Positions 18,897-30,015 of a stretch of 64,000 nucleotides of DNA are shown here, piece by piece. This DNA is from an uncultured bacterium (GTDB taxonomy: Bacteria > Babelota > Babeliae > Babelales > Vermiphilaceae). How positions within the stretch are numbered: position 1 is the first letter of the stretch; every line of letters starts with the position of its first letter. The notes under the pieces are model-generated. The model saw nothing but the letters and a program-made list of their open reading frames with translations, ran no database searches and was not told where the DNA came from. The DNA is taken from positions 448,001-512,000 of the forward strand of contig OY969561.1 of the NCBI GenBank assembly GCA_963701085.1, read 5' to 3'. The translations under genes were made by a program, and so were the position numbers.

Positions 18897-20774
18897 ATGG
18901 CAAAAATAATTGGTATCGATTTAGGTACAACAAACTCGGTAGTAGCTTTCATGGAAGGCGGACAACCAAAAGTTATACCTAATAAAGAAGGTGCAAACAC
19001 AACCCCTTCAATCGTTGCGTATACAAAAGATGGCAGCCGTTTAGTGGGTATTCTCGCAAAGCGTCAAGCAGTAACAAACCCAGAAAACACTATAGCATCA
19101 GTAAAACGTTTTATTGGCGCTAAGTATGAAACAGCAATAAAACAAGCTAAAAACGTACCGTACAAGTTAGTACGCGGCGACAATGGCGAAGTTTCTATAG
19201 AAGTACAAAACAAAAAATTCACACCACAAGAAATCTCAGCGGCAGTATTAAGCTACCTCAAGCAAACAGCAGAAGATTACCTTGGACAAAAAGTAACTGA
19301 AGCGGTTATTACCGTTCCTGCATACTTTAACGATGCTCAACGTCAAGCAACAAAAGATGCTGGTCGTATTGCAGGTCTTGATGTTAAACGTATCATCAAC
19401 GAACCTACAGCTGCTGCATTAGCTTATGGCGCTGACAAAAAAGGCAACTCAACTATTGCGGTGTTTGACTTTGGTGGCGGTACATTTGACGTTTCAATCT
19501 TAGAAATCGCTGGCGGTGTTATTGAAGTTAAATCAACCAATGGTGATACCATGCTTGGTGGTGATGACCTTGATCACAAACTTATTGATTACTTAGTTGA
19601 AGAGTTCAAAAAAGAACAAGGCATTGATTTAAGTGCTGACAAAATGGCATTACAACGCCTTAAAGAAGCTGCTGAAAAAGCGAAAATTGAACTTTCATCA
19701 GTATTAGAAACAGAAATCAATTTACCGTATATTACTGCAGATGCTTCTGGGCCTAAACATTTCAACACAAAAATATCACGCGCAAAATTTGAATCACTCT
19801 GTGCTGATGTCTTTAACCGTTTGATTAAACCATGCACACAAGCCCTTTCTGATGCTAAGTTAACAACAAAAGATATCCAAGAAGTTATTCTTGTTGGTGG
19901 TTCAACACGTATCCCTAAAGTACAACAAATTGTAAAAGAAACATTTAACAGAGAACCAAACAAATCAGTTAACCCTGATGAAGTTGTAGCTCTTGGTGCA
20001 GCATTACAAGGTGGTATTTTAGCTGGTGACGTAACTGATGTCTTACTATTAGACGTAACACCACTTTCTCTTGGTATTGAAACACTTGGCGGAATCGCAA
20101 CCAAACTTATTACCAGAAACACCACAATCCCTACGCGTAAGTCTCAAGTCTTTTCAACAGCAGAAGATGGACAAACAGCAGTAGATATCCGTGTAGTACA
20201 AGGTGAACGTGAATTTGCTAAAGACAACAAAATGCTTGGCCAATTCATGCTTGATGGCATTCCAACAGCACCACGTGGCACACCTCAAATTGAAGTAACA
20301 TTTGATATTGATGCTAACGGTATCGTCAGTGTTTCTGCTAAAGATAAAGCGACCGGTAAAGAACAAAAAATTGCTATCACCAACAGCAGTGGCTTATCTA
20401 AAGAAGAAATCGAACGCATGGTTGAAGATGCAAAAGCTCACGAAGATGAAGACAAACAAGCTCGTGAAGCAGTTGAAAAACGTAATCAGCTTGATAGCAC
20501 AATTCTAGAAGTTGAAAAAACTGTCAGAGAAAACAGCGCGAAACTTTCTGCAGAAGAAATCTCTGCAGTGAACACCGCTATTGATAAAGCAAAAGCAGCT
20601 CTTGTTGAACATGCTAATCACGCAGCTGGATTGCAAAGAGCAACTGATGAGTTAACACAAGCTTCATACAAGATTGCTGAAACTCTTTACAAGCAACAAC
20701 CATCTGGTGATAATTCATCTCAAAAAGCTCCTGAACAAGATGAGCCAATTGACGCTGAAATCAATCAGCAATAA
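18897..20774 (+). CDS. dnaK: Chaperone DnaK (Hsp70)
   Basis: [35 protein letters not shown]. Confidence 0.99.
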   Translation: MAKIIGIDLGTTNSVVAFMEGGQPKVIPNKEGANTTPSIVAYTKDGSRLVGILAKRQAVTNPENTIASVKRFIGAKYETAIKQAKNVPYKLVRGDNGEVSIEVQNKKFTPQEISAAVLSYLKQTAEDYLGQKVTEAVITVPAYFNDAQRQATKDAGRIAGLDVKRIINEPTAAALAYGADKKGNSTIAVFDFGGGTFDVSILEIAGGVIEVKSTNGDTMLGGDDLDHKLIDYLVEEFKKEQGIDLSADKMALQRLKEAAEKAKIELSSVLETEINLPYITADASGPKHFNTKISRAKFESLCADVFNRLIKPCTQALSDAKLTTKDIQEVILVGGSTRIPKVQQIVKETFNREPNKSVNPDEVVALGAALQGGILAGDVTDVLLLDVTPLSLGIETLGGIATKLITRNTTIPTRKSQVFSTAEDGQTAVDIRVVQGEREFAKDNKMLGQFMLDGIPTAPRGTPQIEVTFDIDANGIVSVSAKDKATGKEQKIAITNSSGLSKEEIERMVEDAKAHEDEDKQAREAVEKRNQLDSTILEVEKTVRENSAKLSAEEISAVNTAIDKAKAALVEHANHAAGLQRATDELTQASYKIAETLYKQQPSGDNSSQKAPEQDEPIDAEINQQ

Positions 20775-20785
20775 AAACAATATAA

Positions 20786-20819
20786 CCTGCCCTTCGAAGC
20801 TCGGCAGAGCGTAGTAGGG
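20786..20819. repeat. Short palindromic repeat unit (type A)
   Basis: cctgcccttcgaagctcggcagagcgtagtaggg; same family as 54207-54240 and 44748-44780. Confidence 0.7.
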
Positions 20820-20836
20820 TTCAACACGAATGACTC

Positions 20837-20870
20837 AAAAATCCCCCGGACCAAACTGGGGGATTTTTTA
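20837..20870 (+). terminator. Intrinsic terminator after dnaK
   Basis: aaaaatcccccgg-accaaa-ctgggggatttttt. Confidence 0.8.
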
Positions 20871-20936
20871 TGGCGTTAAAAACATTGGCGTGATATTCTA
20901 GATGAATAACAATCAACAAGAAAGGCCTACAACACA

Positions 20937-21656
20937 ATGATTTATGCACGTCTTTTCATCTGTACTATTTTAATGACAAGCTCATTAAATTCTATGGAGA
21001 TTGTTAAAAAACATACCCAACACAGTCAGAGTTTTAAAAGATATCTCCTTACTCAAAAGATATGTAAAAAGGAGAGCTTTCCTAAAGAAATTGGTTATTA
21101 CATAATACACTACTACTTAGCTCTCAAAAATAATCATTTATTAGGCTTATTAAAAAAGGAAGATCTTTTTATGGTCGCATGGGATAATGTTCATATCCCA
21201 ATCAACTACTATCACCTACTCACCTACATACAAATCGAGTTAATAAAAGAACTTCTTTCCTATCGACCACCTTGCGTACAATACTGCCATAAATGTGACA
21301 AATACAAATTAGACAAGCGAGATTATCGTCTCTGCGAAAAAGATTATTTTCTAGAATCAAAAAAAGATTACCAACTTTTTTTAACACTACCAATAGAACT
21401 AAGAAAATGCTTGGCACAAGCACCAAAATCATTGATAAGTTGGGCAATTGAACTACAAGAAGATCCTAGCTACAACTACAAAAACATCATCATTCCCAAA
21501 GCAATTAATGCTTTCCAAGTGATACAGGTAAAAAGTAAATCCACCGTAATCAAACACGATCTACTACAAAAACTCGGTGCACCTATCAAAGCACACTATC
21601 CTGGCTATACACCACGATTAATTGTTCCAGAAGAAAAGCAACTCTCACTGAAATAA
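20937..21656 (+). CDS. Secreted hypothetical protein, paralog 1 of 3
   Basis: MIYARLFICTILMTSSLNS-MEI leader; FPKEI; FLTLPIELRKCL; IVPEE. Confidence 0.75.
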   Translation: MIYARLFICTILMTSSLNSMEIVKKHTQHSQSFKRYLLTQKICKKESFPKEIGYYIIHYYLALKNNHLLGLLKKEDLFMVAWDNVHIPINYYHLLTYIQIELIKELLSYRPPCVQYCHKCDKYKLDKRDYRLCEKDYFLESKKDYQLFLTLPIELRKCLAQAPKSLISWAIELQEDPSYNYKNIIIPKAINAFQVIQVKSKSTVIKHDLLQKLGAPIKAHYPGYTPRLIVPEEKQLSLK

Positions 21657-21758
21657 CTCTCCCCCGGGCTTGATAAACCGGGGGATTTTTTATGGCATTA
21701 AAAATAGTCTGATGATATCTTAAGTGGCAAACAACATTAAAAAAAAAGGTTTAAAAAA

Positions 21759-22409
21759 ATGCTTTATGCACGTCTTTTCATCTGTACTATTTTTATTACC
21801 AGCTCATTAAGCTCTATGGAAATTATTAAAAACAACAAAAACAAAAAAGTTCATACGGAAAAAAACTGTTGGGGCAATGATATCGTAACACAATTAATTC
21901 TCACCCAAAGAGTATGCGACAAAAACAAACTTCCTCAAGAGATTATCACTCAAATACACGCATACAACTTATTACTAAAGCACAAACATTTCGAAAATAA
22001 TTTTACTTGCATAAATCAATGGAATGATTTTCTTATTCCAATAAAATATCACTATCTTCTATCACCACAACAAATAAATATCCTAGAGACTTTATTCAAA
22101 ACCAAACCTTGCATATTTGATAGCTGGGACGGGTACGGGGTATCAGGGTATATGTATTTTTTACCATCAAAAAAAGATTATAAAAAGTTTTTAACACTAC
22201 CAATAGAACTGAGAAAATGCTTAGTCAAATTACCACAATCAAAAATAAAAAATAAACTCACTGATCACTATATCAATACTAACAAAGCTATAGGTATTAT
22301 AACCTGGCGAACCAGAGGACTCTCTATGTATGCCACACAACAAAGCATCGAGCAAAAATTGATTGTTCCAGAAGACAAAGAGGATAAAATCTACCACAAA
22401 AGACTCTAA
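21759..22409 (+). CDS. Secreted hypothetical protein, paralog 2 of 3
   Basis: Same leader; LPQEII; FLTLPIELRKCL; IVPED. Confidence 0.75.
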   Translation: MLYARLFICTIFITSSLSSMEIIKNNKNKKVHTEKNCWGNDIVTQLILTQRVCDKNKLPQEIITQIHAYNLLLKHKHFENNFTCINQWNDFLIPIKYHYLLSPQQINILETLFKTKPCIFDSWDGYGVSGYMYFLPSKKDYKKFLTLPIELRKCLVKLPQSKIKNKLTDHYINTNKAIGIITWRTRGLSMYATQQSIEQKLIVPEDKEDKIYHKRL

Positions 22410-22511
22410 TACGCCTTCTCTCGCTCCAATAAGTCGAGGGATTTTTTATGGCGTTAAAAACATTGATATGATATTTTATGGTGAATAACAATCAACAAAA
22501 AAGGATAAAAA

Positions 22512-23150
22512 ATGTTTTATGTATTTCTTTTAATAAGCACTATTTTGATGACAAATTCATTAAACTCTATGGAAATTATTAAAAAGAATAAAGCTCAAAA
22601 AAAACATACCCTTGATGATTCAATCAATAAAGAATTACTTTTTGTTCACGCAATAACCAATAAAGAAGTTCTACCGAGTGAAATTACTAAAAAAATTATA
22701 TTACCTTACTGCGCAGCATTAAAAAATAAAGAATTTGAAAACAATTCTAACACATTCAAAGAAACTTGGTTTAAAAACAGCCTTATCACCCGCGATTATT
22801 ATTTTTTGACATCGCAACAAAAAGAATTAATGTACAAAATAATTACAACAAAATTTGAAGGCTTAACTCGAATAGAGTATTGTTTAGATTCCACCAAAGA
22901 ATACAAATTATTTTTAAAATTACCAATCGAGCTCAGGAAAAACTTAACATTAGTACCCAACAGTATAAAATTCCGCCAAATCTTACTACCAGGATCTTCT
23001 CTCTATATTAATCCAGACAAAACAATACAAGTCAGAACAACAGGCCAAAAAATCATGGTCATGGTCACCGTAAATCATCATTATTGTGATAACAGCATTC
23101 CAAAACCAATTATTCCTGAAGAAAACGAGAAAAAGAATCATAAAAAATAA
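22512..23150 (+). CDS. Secreted hypothetical protein, paralog 3 of 3
   Basis: Same leader; LPSEIT; FLKLPIELRKNL; IIPEE. Confidence 0.75.
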   Translation: MFYVFLLISTILMTNSLNSMEIIKKNKAQKKHTLDDSINKELLFVHAITNKEVLPSEITKKIILPYCAALKNKEFENNSNTFKETWFKNSLITRDYYFLTSQQKELMYKIITTKFEGLTRIEYCLDSTKEYKLFLKLPIELRKNLTLVPNSIKFRQILLPGSSLYINPDKTIQVRTTGQKIMVMVTVNHHYCDNSIPKPIIPEENEKKNHKK

Positions 23151-23219
23151 CTGTTGAAAACATTATCCACTCCTGCAGTATGCTAGATACCAACAAAAGT
23201 ATCTGTTCAAAAGAAGGAG

Positions 23220-24851
23220 ATGGATATGAAACATATATCATTGCGAATAACAATCGTTGCTGCATGCTGCAGCATTGCACTCATGTCACAAACAGCACAA
23301 AGTATGGAAAATTTTTTCCATGAACACAAAAATATCGGAGAAATCGCGGGAGCATTTTCACCAACACTCGGGCGATTGATGAATGGTGAGCAACCGGCAA
23401 TAGCTAATAATCCTCACAAAAATGAAACCGCTTTCACGCGACACACCTATACCATAAGTGAAGGTGAAAAAGTCTATCGCAAAAACCGCTTACCAATCAT
23501 AAAAGCTGCCCTAGAAAAAATGCTTAATCGTTCAATAAATGAACATCAAATTCCAAAAATCGCTCTCATTTGCAGTGGCGGTGGATACCGTGCAATGTTC
23601 TGCACCACCGGATCATTATGCGGTGCGCAAGAAATAGGTCTTTTGGATGCAACCACCTATATAACAGCGTTATCTGGATCAACATGGGCGGTTGCACCAT
23701 GGATTTCCACCGGATTACCGCTCAGAAAATTTAAAGATTATCTCCAGGAGTGCGCTGCAAAACCATTCCGTGATCTTACACATGAAGAAAAAATGTTGAT
23801 AGCAAACGCAATCGCCGTAAAAAAAACATACAAGCAACCTCGTACATTGGTCGACCCTTATGGCGATCTTTTAGCAAACAGGTTACTTGCATACTTTGGC
23901 GACATGAAACAGATGATCTATTTATCAGACCAATCTCAATCAATTGAATCCGGCACGTATCCTTACCCCATTTATACCGCAATAGATGGTCGCGAAAGCA
24001 TAGCACATGGACAAACATGGTATGAATTCACTCCTCATACAATCGGCGAACGGACCAATAACATACACATACCAACATGGGCATATGGAAGAAAATTCAA
24101 AAAAGGTGAATCTACCAACCATGCTCCAGAAAAAAATCTGGGCTATATGATGGGCACCTGGGGCTCCGCTTTTGCTGCAAATATTGATGATATAATCGAG
24201 GAAATAGACAAAGACAAAGACCATGAAAATCTTCTTGAAAAACTTGCTCAACCAATAGATGGAAAAAGAATTCTGCCTTTTGAGGCAAAAGTATCTAATT
24301 ACATGTACAGAATGCACTACCTTTCAGATGCAAAACTATCATCAAAGAAACATCTGAAATTTGTTGATTCCGGTCTTGAAATTAACTTACCTTACCCTCC
24401 TGTCAGCAGCACATGTCCAGAACGCACCCCCGATATTCTCATTTTTTTGGATGCATCAGCAGGACACATAGGCGATGAATTAAAAAAAGTAGCTGAATAT
24501 GCAAAAAGCAAGAACATCCCATTTCCTTCTATTAATAACGAGCTTCTTGGCAAGCAAACAATAAGCATTTTTAAAGATGAAGACAATACAGCAACGCCGA
24601 TTGTTATTTATATGCCACGCATCAGTGATAAACAATTATGGGAGGCAAACAGATCAAAACCAGAATTTGCACACTACAACCTTTCAGGTTTTGACCTAGA
24701 TCATGAGACCAATAACGGCTACTGTAAAACACAAAACTTTCAATACAAGCCAGAACACTCTGAACTTGTGATGAACCAGACCGAATTCAATATGTGCATT
24801 AATAAAGATATCATTTTAAAGGAAATCAATTGGTGCATAGATAGGAAATAA
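23220..24851 (+). CDS. Secreted cPLA2/phospholipase B-type lysophospholipase
   Basis: SGGGYRAM oxyanion motif, ALSGSTW serine, YPYPIY, WYEFTP, GTWGSAFA, FVDSG aspartate. Confidence 0.88.
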   Translation: MDMKHISLRITIVAACCSIALMSQTAQSMENFFHEHKNIGEIAGAFSPTLGRLMNGEQPAIANNPHKNETAFTRHTYTISEGEKVYRKNRLPIIKAALEKMLNRSINEHQIPKIALICSGGGYRAMFCTTGSLCGAQEIGLLDATTYITALSGSTWAVAPWISTGLPLRKFKDYLQECAAKPFRDLTHEEKMLIANAIAVKKTYKQPRTLVDPYGDLLANRLLAYFGDMKQMIYLSDQSQSIESGTYPYPIYTAIDGRESIAHGQTWYEFTPHTIGERTNNIHIPTWAYGRKFKKGESTNHAPEKNLGYMMGTWGSAFAANIDDIIEEIDKDKDHENLLEKLAQPIDGKRILPFEAKVSNYMYRMHYLSDAKLSSKKHLKFVDSGLEINLPYPPVSSTCPERTPDILIFLDASAGHIGDELKKVAEYAKSKNIPFPSINNELLGKQTISIFKDEDNTATPIVIYMPRISDKQLWEANRSKPEFAHYNLSGFDLDHETNNGYCKTQNFQYKPEHSELVMNQTEFNMCINKDIILKEINWCIDRK

Positions 24852-25053
24852 TTTCCCAAATGAAATTATATAACAATAAAGTACAAAAACCGTAGACTTT
24901 CATTACAATTTTTATATAGCTTATTAAAAAAATATAAAAAAAAGGAGACTCAAAGACATAGACTAATAATCCATATCACAAAAATACCCATCTGAAGAAT
25001 GCGCCTAAAAAAAAGATAAAAAACAATACAACATATTGTACAAAGGAATTGTA

Positions 25054-27051
25054 ATGATAAACGGAACGTATCGTTCAGTACTTGTCAGCCTTATCGCCAT
25101 CGGCGGTTTGATTACTACGTCTCAAGTCGCGGCAAAAACAAAAATAAAAAAACATAATATTCAATTACAGCTTGCTGATTCCCTTGGATTTCCTATTGTA
25201 GGAAGTGAATTCTGGGTTACTCTTGAGGTCATCCGAGAGTCGCTCGAGGAGAATAAATCATTGGTAACATTACAACTACCTCTCATTAACTTTCAAACTC
25301 AAGCAGCACCTTCCCCCGATAATCCGATTGGCCCTGGATTAGTTCCTGGAGGATATCTTTACACCTCTGATGGTTTTTTATCAAGAAAAAATCGGCCGTT
25401 CGTTTTAGTTCCGCCTTCAATTGTAGCAGCATCTGATAATGGATTGTCTCCTGTGTTCTCATTCACGCAAGATCCAGAAACATTACCCAATCCTCCAGCT
25501 GGTTACATTGTACAAGTAACTAATGCCGGCGAATTGCAAGTACAAGCAGCGGGAACCTTTGGAAACGTAATTGCACCAGGACCACAAATTTTAATGCCTT
25601 GTTCTATCTCCTACTTATCAAAAGGTAGTACCAAAAAGCTCTCCAACAACACCAAAATCAGCACTGGTGCCACAAATATTACCCAATTTACCGGTAGAGC
25701 AGCGAATGATGGCATTAGAGATTCTCACGTCAACGATGCATTCAATGGCATTGTTGCATTCGACTGGACTGATAATTCTATGATTGCAGATCAATCCAAC
25801 AATACTGTGAATACAATGGTTGCCATTGGCACAGTGAAACATGGCAAACTCAACATTGGCACACCGGTACAACTGACTAATTTGCCTGCTGGAGTAATGG
25901 CATGGGATACTGCAGTTGCCATTAATAGAGCTAATCCAAATAATATTGTAGTTTCATGGGAGCAACTTGACCATACAGTGAGCCCAACCATCGGCCTCCC
26001 TTATCGTGCCGTTTCATTTGATGGCGGTAAAACATGGCCGGTAAATGGCCTAATGAATGTAGGGCCAACAGGAAATCCTAGTTCAGCTGGTGACTGCCTC
26101 GGAGTAGCATCGGATAAATTTGGTAATATCTGGTATTCTGCAACAAATCTTTTTGACAATGCAGGCAACTTAATCAACCAACCATACTTTGCAGTAAGTA
26201 CCGATGGTGGTGTTACCTTTACCCTTGCATATACAGTTCCAGCATTTGATTTTAATCTAGGAGTAACCGATTACCCACAGTATTGTTTTGGTGGTGATGG
26301 ATTTGGCAACTATGGCTTATGGTTCCAAACTACTATTTTCCTCAATGATGGCGATGCATATCCAAATGTTGGATTCATACAAATACCAGGCCCACTCAGT
26401 CCTTCCGATTTCCCATTAACCAGCAATTTCACCGATCTGTTTGGACTTAATAATAGCATCACTGAAGGGGATCTTGCAGCATCATCAGATGGACGAGTTT
26501 GGTTTGCCGGATATCCAAATGCATTTGGATCATCTACCTATATTCATCCACAATCAATTTCATTCAAATCACCTGGCGCAATCGATGAAAATTGGAGTGG
26601 CTCTTGGAATTACTTAATTGGCAATGATAGCAGCGATATATATGAGATTACTACTGCCATATCATATCCAGCAGTTGGCTTTTTTGCTAATACTACATTA
26701 AGCATTGTTTATGATGAACAACGGCAAGCTCTCTATGCCATTGCTGTTGAGCCAAACCCCGATTATTCTCAAAATTACGATATACCCCTTATTATCTCAC
26801 GTGATAATGGCATGACATGGTCTAATCCAATTAGAATCAATACAAGTCATTCTGGCAATCGCGGTTATTATTCAATGGCACTTGATACAGTTACTGGTGA
26901 TTTAGTATTTGGTTTTTATGATGGACGTAATGATTCAACATTCCAAACATTAGAATATTTTGGTGCCGTATTATCAGCCAAAAAATTGGATAAATTGGTA
27001 AATAAAATACCACTATCAAATCCAACCTTTGTGGTGCCTTCGGCAGCATAA
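25054..27051 (+). CDS. Secreted Asp-box (BNR) beta-propeller, sialidase-like protein, copy 1
   Basis: SFDGGKTW, STDGGVTF, SRDNGMTW; signal peptide; ATG follows AAAGGA. Confidence 0.8.
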   Translation: MINGTYRSVLVSLIAIGGLITTSQVAAKTKIKKHNIQLQLADSLGFPIVGSEFWVTLEVIRESLEENKSLVTLQLPLINFQTQAAPSPDNPIGPGLVPGGYLYTSDGFLSRKNRPFVLVPPSIVAASDNGLSPVFSFTQDPETLPNPPAGYIVQVTNAGELQVQAAGTFGNVIAPGPQILMPCSISYLSKGSTKKLSNNTKISTGATNITQFTGRAANDGIRDSHVNDAFNGIVAFDWTDNSMIADQSNNTVNTMVAIGTVKHGKLNIGTPVQLTNLPAGVMAWDTAVAINRANPNNIVVSWEQLDHTVSPTIGLPYRAVSFDGGKTWPVNGLMNVGPTGNPSSAGDCLGVASDKFGNIWYSATNLFDNAGNLINQPYFAVSTDGGVTFTLAYTVPAFDFNLGVTDYPQYCFGGDGFGNYGLWFQTTIFLNDGDAYPNVGFIQIPGPLSPSDFPLTSNFTDLFGLNNSITEGDLAASSDGRVWFAGYPNAFGSSTYIHPQSISFKSPGAIDENWSGSWNYLIGNDSSDIYEITTAISYPAVGFFANTTLSIVYDEQRQALYAIAVEPNPDYSQNYDIPLIISRDNGMTWSNPIRINTSHSGNRGYYSMALDTVTGDLVFGFYDGRNDSTFQTLEYFGAVLSAKKLDKLVNKIPLSNPTFVVPSAA

Positions 27052-27082
27052 TACCAAAAGATATTAAACAAAGATGCTCAAC

Positions 27083-27116
27083 AAAAGCCCCCGGATCACA
27101 CCGGGGGATTTTTATT
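27083..27116 (+). terminator. Intrinsic terminator
   Basis: aaaagcccccgg-atcaca-ccgggggattttt. Confidence 0.75.
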
Positions 27117-27414
27117 CAACACGTAAACATATACTCTTTAAGACTTATATCCTATGTGCATTAATAAAGATATCATTTTAAAGGAAATCAATTGGTGCAT
27201 AGATAGGAAATAATTTCCCAAATGAAATTATATAACAATAAAGTACAAAAACCGTAGACTTTCATTACAATTTTTATATAGCTTATTAAAAAAATATAAA
27301 AAAAAGGAGACTCAAAGACATAGACTAATAATCCATATCACAAAAATACCCATCTGAAGAATGCGCCTAAAAAAAGATAAAAAACAATACAACATATTGT
27401 ACAAAGGAATTGTA

Positions 27415-29451
27415 ATGATAAACGGAACGTATCGTTCAGTACTTGTCAGCCTTATCGCCATCGGCGGTTTGATTACTACGTCTCAAGTCGCGGCAAAAAC
27501 AAAAATAAAAAAACATAATATTCAATTACAGCTTGCTGATTCCCTTGGATTTCCTATTGTAGGAAGTGAATTCTGGGTTACCCTTGAGGTCATCCGAGAG
27601 TCGCTCGAAGAGAATAAATCATTGGTAACATTACAACTGCCACTCATTAACTTTCAAACTCAAGCAGCACCTTCTCCCGATAATCCGATTGGCCCTGGAT
27701 TAGTTCCTGGAGGATATCTTTACACCTCTGATGGTTTTTTATCAAGAAAAAATCGACCGTTCGTTTTAGTTCCGCCTTCAATTGTAGCAGCATCTGATAA
27801 TGGATTGTCTCCTGTGTTCTCATTCACGCAAGATCCAGAAACATTACCCAATCCTCCAGCTGGTTACATTGTACAAGTAACTAATGCCGGCGAATTGCAA
27901 GTACAAGCAGCGGGAACCTTTGGAAACGTAATTGCACCAGGACCACAAATTTTAATGCCTTGTTCTATCTCCTACTTATCAAAAGGTAGTACCAAAAAGC
28001 TCTCCAACAACACCAAAATCAGCTCTGGTGTCACAAATATTACCCAATTTACTGGTGGAGCGGCGAATGATGGTATTAGAGACACACACGTCAATGATGC
28101 ATTTGATGGCGTTGTTGCATTCAGCTGGACTTCTAATTCTGGGAACGTAAATCTTAATAATGGAACTCTGAATACATTTGTCGCAATAGGAACAGTCAAA
28201 AACGGTGAACTGAAAATGCATTCGCAAATTAATTTAACCAACTATCCAGACAACGTGTTAACGCCTACCAATCTAGGTATTCAGGCATGGGATACTTCAG
28301 TTGCAATTAATAGAGCAAATCCAGATAATATTGTAGTCTCATGGGGCAAAATCGATCGATCAAATGAACCAAGCTTAACCGTCCTCCCTTATCGTGCCGT
28401 TTCATTTGATGGTGGTAAAACATGGCCTATAAACGGACTAATGGACGTACCACCAACAGGAAATCCTGCTCGATTTGGCGACTGTCTTGGAGTATCCTCA
28501 GATAAATTTGGTAATATCTGGTATTCTGCAACAAATAGATTTGATGGTTCAGGTAATCAGATCAACCAACCATATTTTGCCGTGAGCACTGATGGTGGGA
28601 TTACCTTTACCCTTGCATATACAGTTCCAGCATTTGATTTTAATCTAGGATTCACCGATTACCCACAATATTGTTTTGGTGGTGATGGATTTGGCAACTA
28701 TGGTTTATGGTTCCAAACTACTATTTACCTCAATGATGGCGATGCGTATCCAAACGTTGGGTTCATACAAATACCAGGCCCACTCACACCTTCCGATTTT
28801 CCATTAACCAGCAATTTCACCGATTTGTTCGGACTGAATAATAGCATCATCGAGGGAGATCTTGCAGCATCATCAGACGGACGAGTGTGGTTTCAAGGAT
28901 ATCCGAATGCATTTGGATCATTTAGCTACATTCAGCCACAATCAATTTCATTCAAATCACCTGGCGCCATCGATGAAAACTGGAGTGGCTCTTGGAATTA
29001 CTTAATTGGCAATGATCTAAGCGATACATACTTTGGATCGATCCCTACTCCAATTGCTATATCATATCCACTTGTTGGCTTTTTTACTAATACTACATTA
29101 GGCATTGTTTATGATGAACAACGGCAAGCTCTCTATGCCATTGCTGTTGAGCCAAACCCGGATTATTCTCAAAATTACGATATACCCCTTATTATCTCAC
29201 GTGATAATGGCATGACGTGGTCTAATCCAATTCGAGTCAATACGAGTCATTCCGGCAATCGTGGTTATCAGTCAATGGCACTTGATACAGTAACTGGTGA
29301 TTTAGTATTTGGTTTTTATGATGGGCGTAATGATCCGACACTTCAGACATTAGAATATTTTGGTGCCGTATTATCAGCCAAAAAATTGGATAAATTGGTA
29401 AATAAAATACCACTATCAAATCCAACCTTTGTGGTGCCTTCGGCAGCATAA
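27415..29451 (+). CDS. Secreted Asp-box (BNR) beta-propeller, sialidase-like protein, copy 2
   Basis: N-terminal ~200 aa match copy 1; same three Asp boxes; diverged middle. Confidence 0.8.
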   Translation: MINGTYRSVLVSLIAIGGLITTSQVAAKTKIKKHNIQLQLADSLGFPIVGSEFWVTLEVIRESLEENKSLVTLQLPLINFQTQAAPSPDNPIGPGLVPGGYLYTSDGFLSRKNRPFVLVPPSIVAASDNGLSPVFSFTQDPETLPNPPAGYIVQVTNAGELQVQAAGTFGNVIAPGPQILMPCSISYLSKGSTKKLSNNTKISSGVTNITQFTGGAANDGIRDTHVNDAFDGVVAFSWTSNSGNVNLNNGTLNTFVAIGTVKNGELKMHSQINLTNYPDNVLTPTNLGIQAWDTSVAINRANPDNIVVSWGKIDRSNEPSLTVLPYRAVSFDGGKTWPINGLMDVPPTGNPARFGDCLGVSSDKFGNIWYSATNRFDGSGNQINQPYFAVSTDGGITFTLAYTVPAFDFNLGFTDYPQYCFGGDGFGNYGLWFQTTIYLNDGDAYPNVGFIQIPGPLTPSDFPLTSNFTDLFGLNNSIIEGDLAASSDGRVWFQGYPNAFGSFSYIQPQSISFKSPGAIDENWSGSWNYLIGNDLSDTYFGSIPTPIAISYPLVGFFTNTTLGIVYDEQRQALYAIAVEPNPDYSQNYDIPLIISRDNGMTWSNPIRVNTSHSGNRGYQSMALDTVTGDLVFGFYDGRNDPTLQTLEYFGAVLSAKKLDKLVNKIPLSNPTFVVPSAA

Positions 29452-29482
29452 TACCAAAAAATATTAAACAAAGATGCTCAAC

Positions 29483-29515
29483 AAAAGCCCCCGGTTTGAT
29501 CCGGGGGCTTTTTAT
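29483..29515 (+). terminator. Intrinsic terminator
   Basis: aaaagcccccgg-tttgat-ccgggggcttttt. Confidence 0.8.
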
Positions 29516-29537
29516 TCAACACGTAAACATATACTCT

Positions 29538-29575
29538 TTAAGACTTATATCCACTGACAATCATATAACAACTTC
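29538..29575 (-). repeat. Duplicate of the 3' end of the 30429..31184 gene
   Basis: tttaagacttatatccact(g/a)acaatcatata matches 30428-30458 at 30 of 31 nt. Confidence 0.85.
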
Positions 29576-29673
29576 AAGCTATATCAAACATAAGTACGCC
29601 AAGATAAAATTGCTTTTTTCTGCTATACTATGAAAAACATCACCAACTTTTTGAAAAAAATTAAAGGTATTTA

Positions 29674-30015
29674 ATGCTTATTATAAACAATACAATATCC
29701 CTTCAAGAACTAAAAATGATGTCGGAGAAGATGTTTGGTAGCATAGTAAAAGCTGTAGTTGATATCGAAAAAGGCATTATGGTCGTTGACGCAGATCTTC
29801 ATGCCGATGAAGAAGAACTATTATTAAAACAAGGGTCAGAACAACAAAATCTATGGGGCATCAACATCCATCCAGATAAAACAGGTCTAGATTTTATAGA
29901 GTTTGATTCTATGATCAATCTACGACCATCTTGGGGAAATAAGAGCCGAGGGGTTGATAACGCAAAAATACAAGAAAAAATAAGAACTATAGTTAATCAT
30001 CTGGTGACACAATGA
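29674..30015 (+). CDS. DUF5674-like protein
   Basis: VKAVVDIEK...LHADEE...LWGINI...IEFDSMINLRPS. Confidence 0.75.
   Translation: MLIINNTISLQELKMMSEKMFGSIVKAVVDIEKGIMVVDADLHADEEELLLKQGSEQQNLWGINIHPDKTGLDFIEFDSMINLRPSWGNKSRGVDNAKIQEKIRTIVNHLVTQ

Larger units (their letters stand above)
24791..29552. repeat. Tandem duplication: units 24791-27152 and 27153-29552
   Basis: Both units start tatgtgcattaataaagatatc and end ctttaagacttatatcc. Confidence 0.93.

Noticed and set aside
20841-22511. Integron attC sites between the three paralogs
   Set aside because: The repeats are terminator plus promoter/RBS sequence; no RYYYAAC/GTTRRRY boxes and no integrase.
24791-29552. Diversity-generating retroelement template/variable repeat pair
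   Set aside because: Differences include indels and are not adenine-specific; no reverse transcriptase present.
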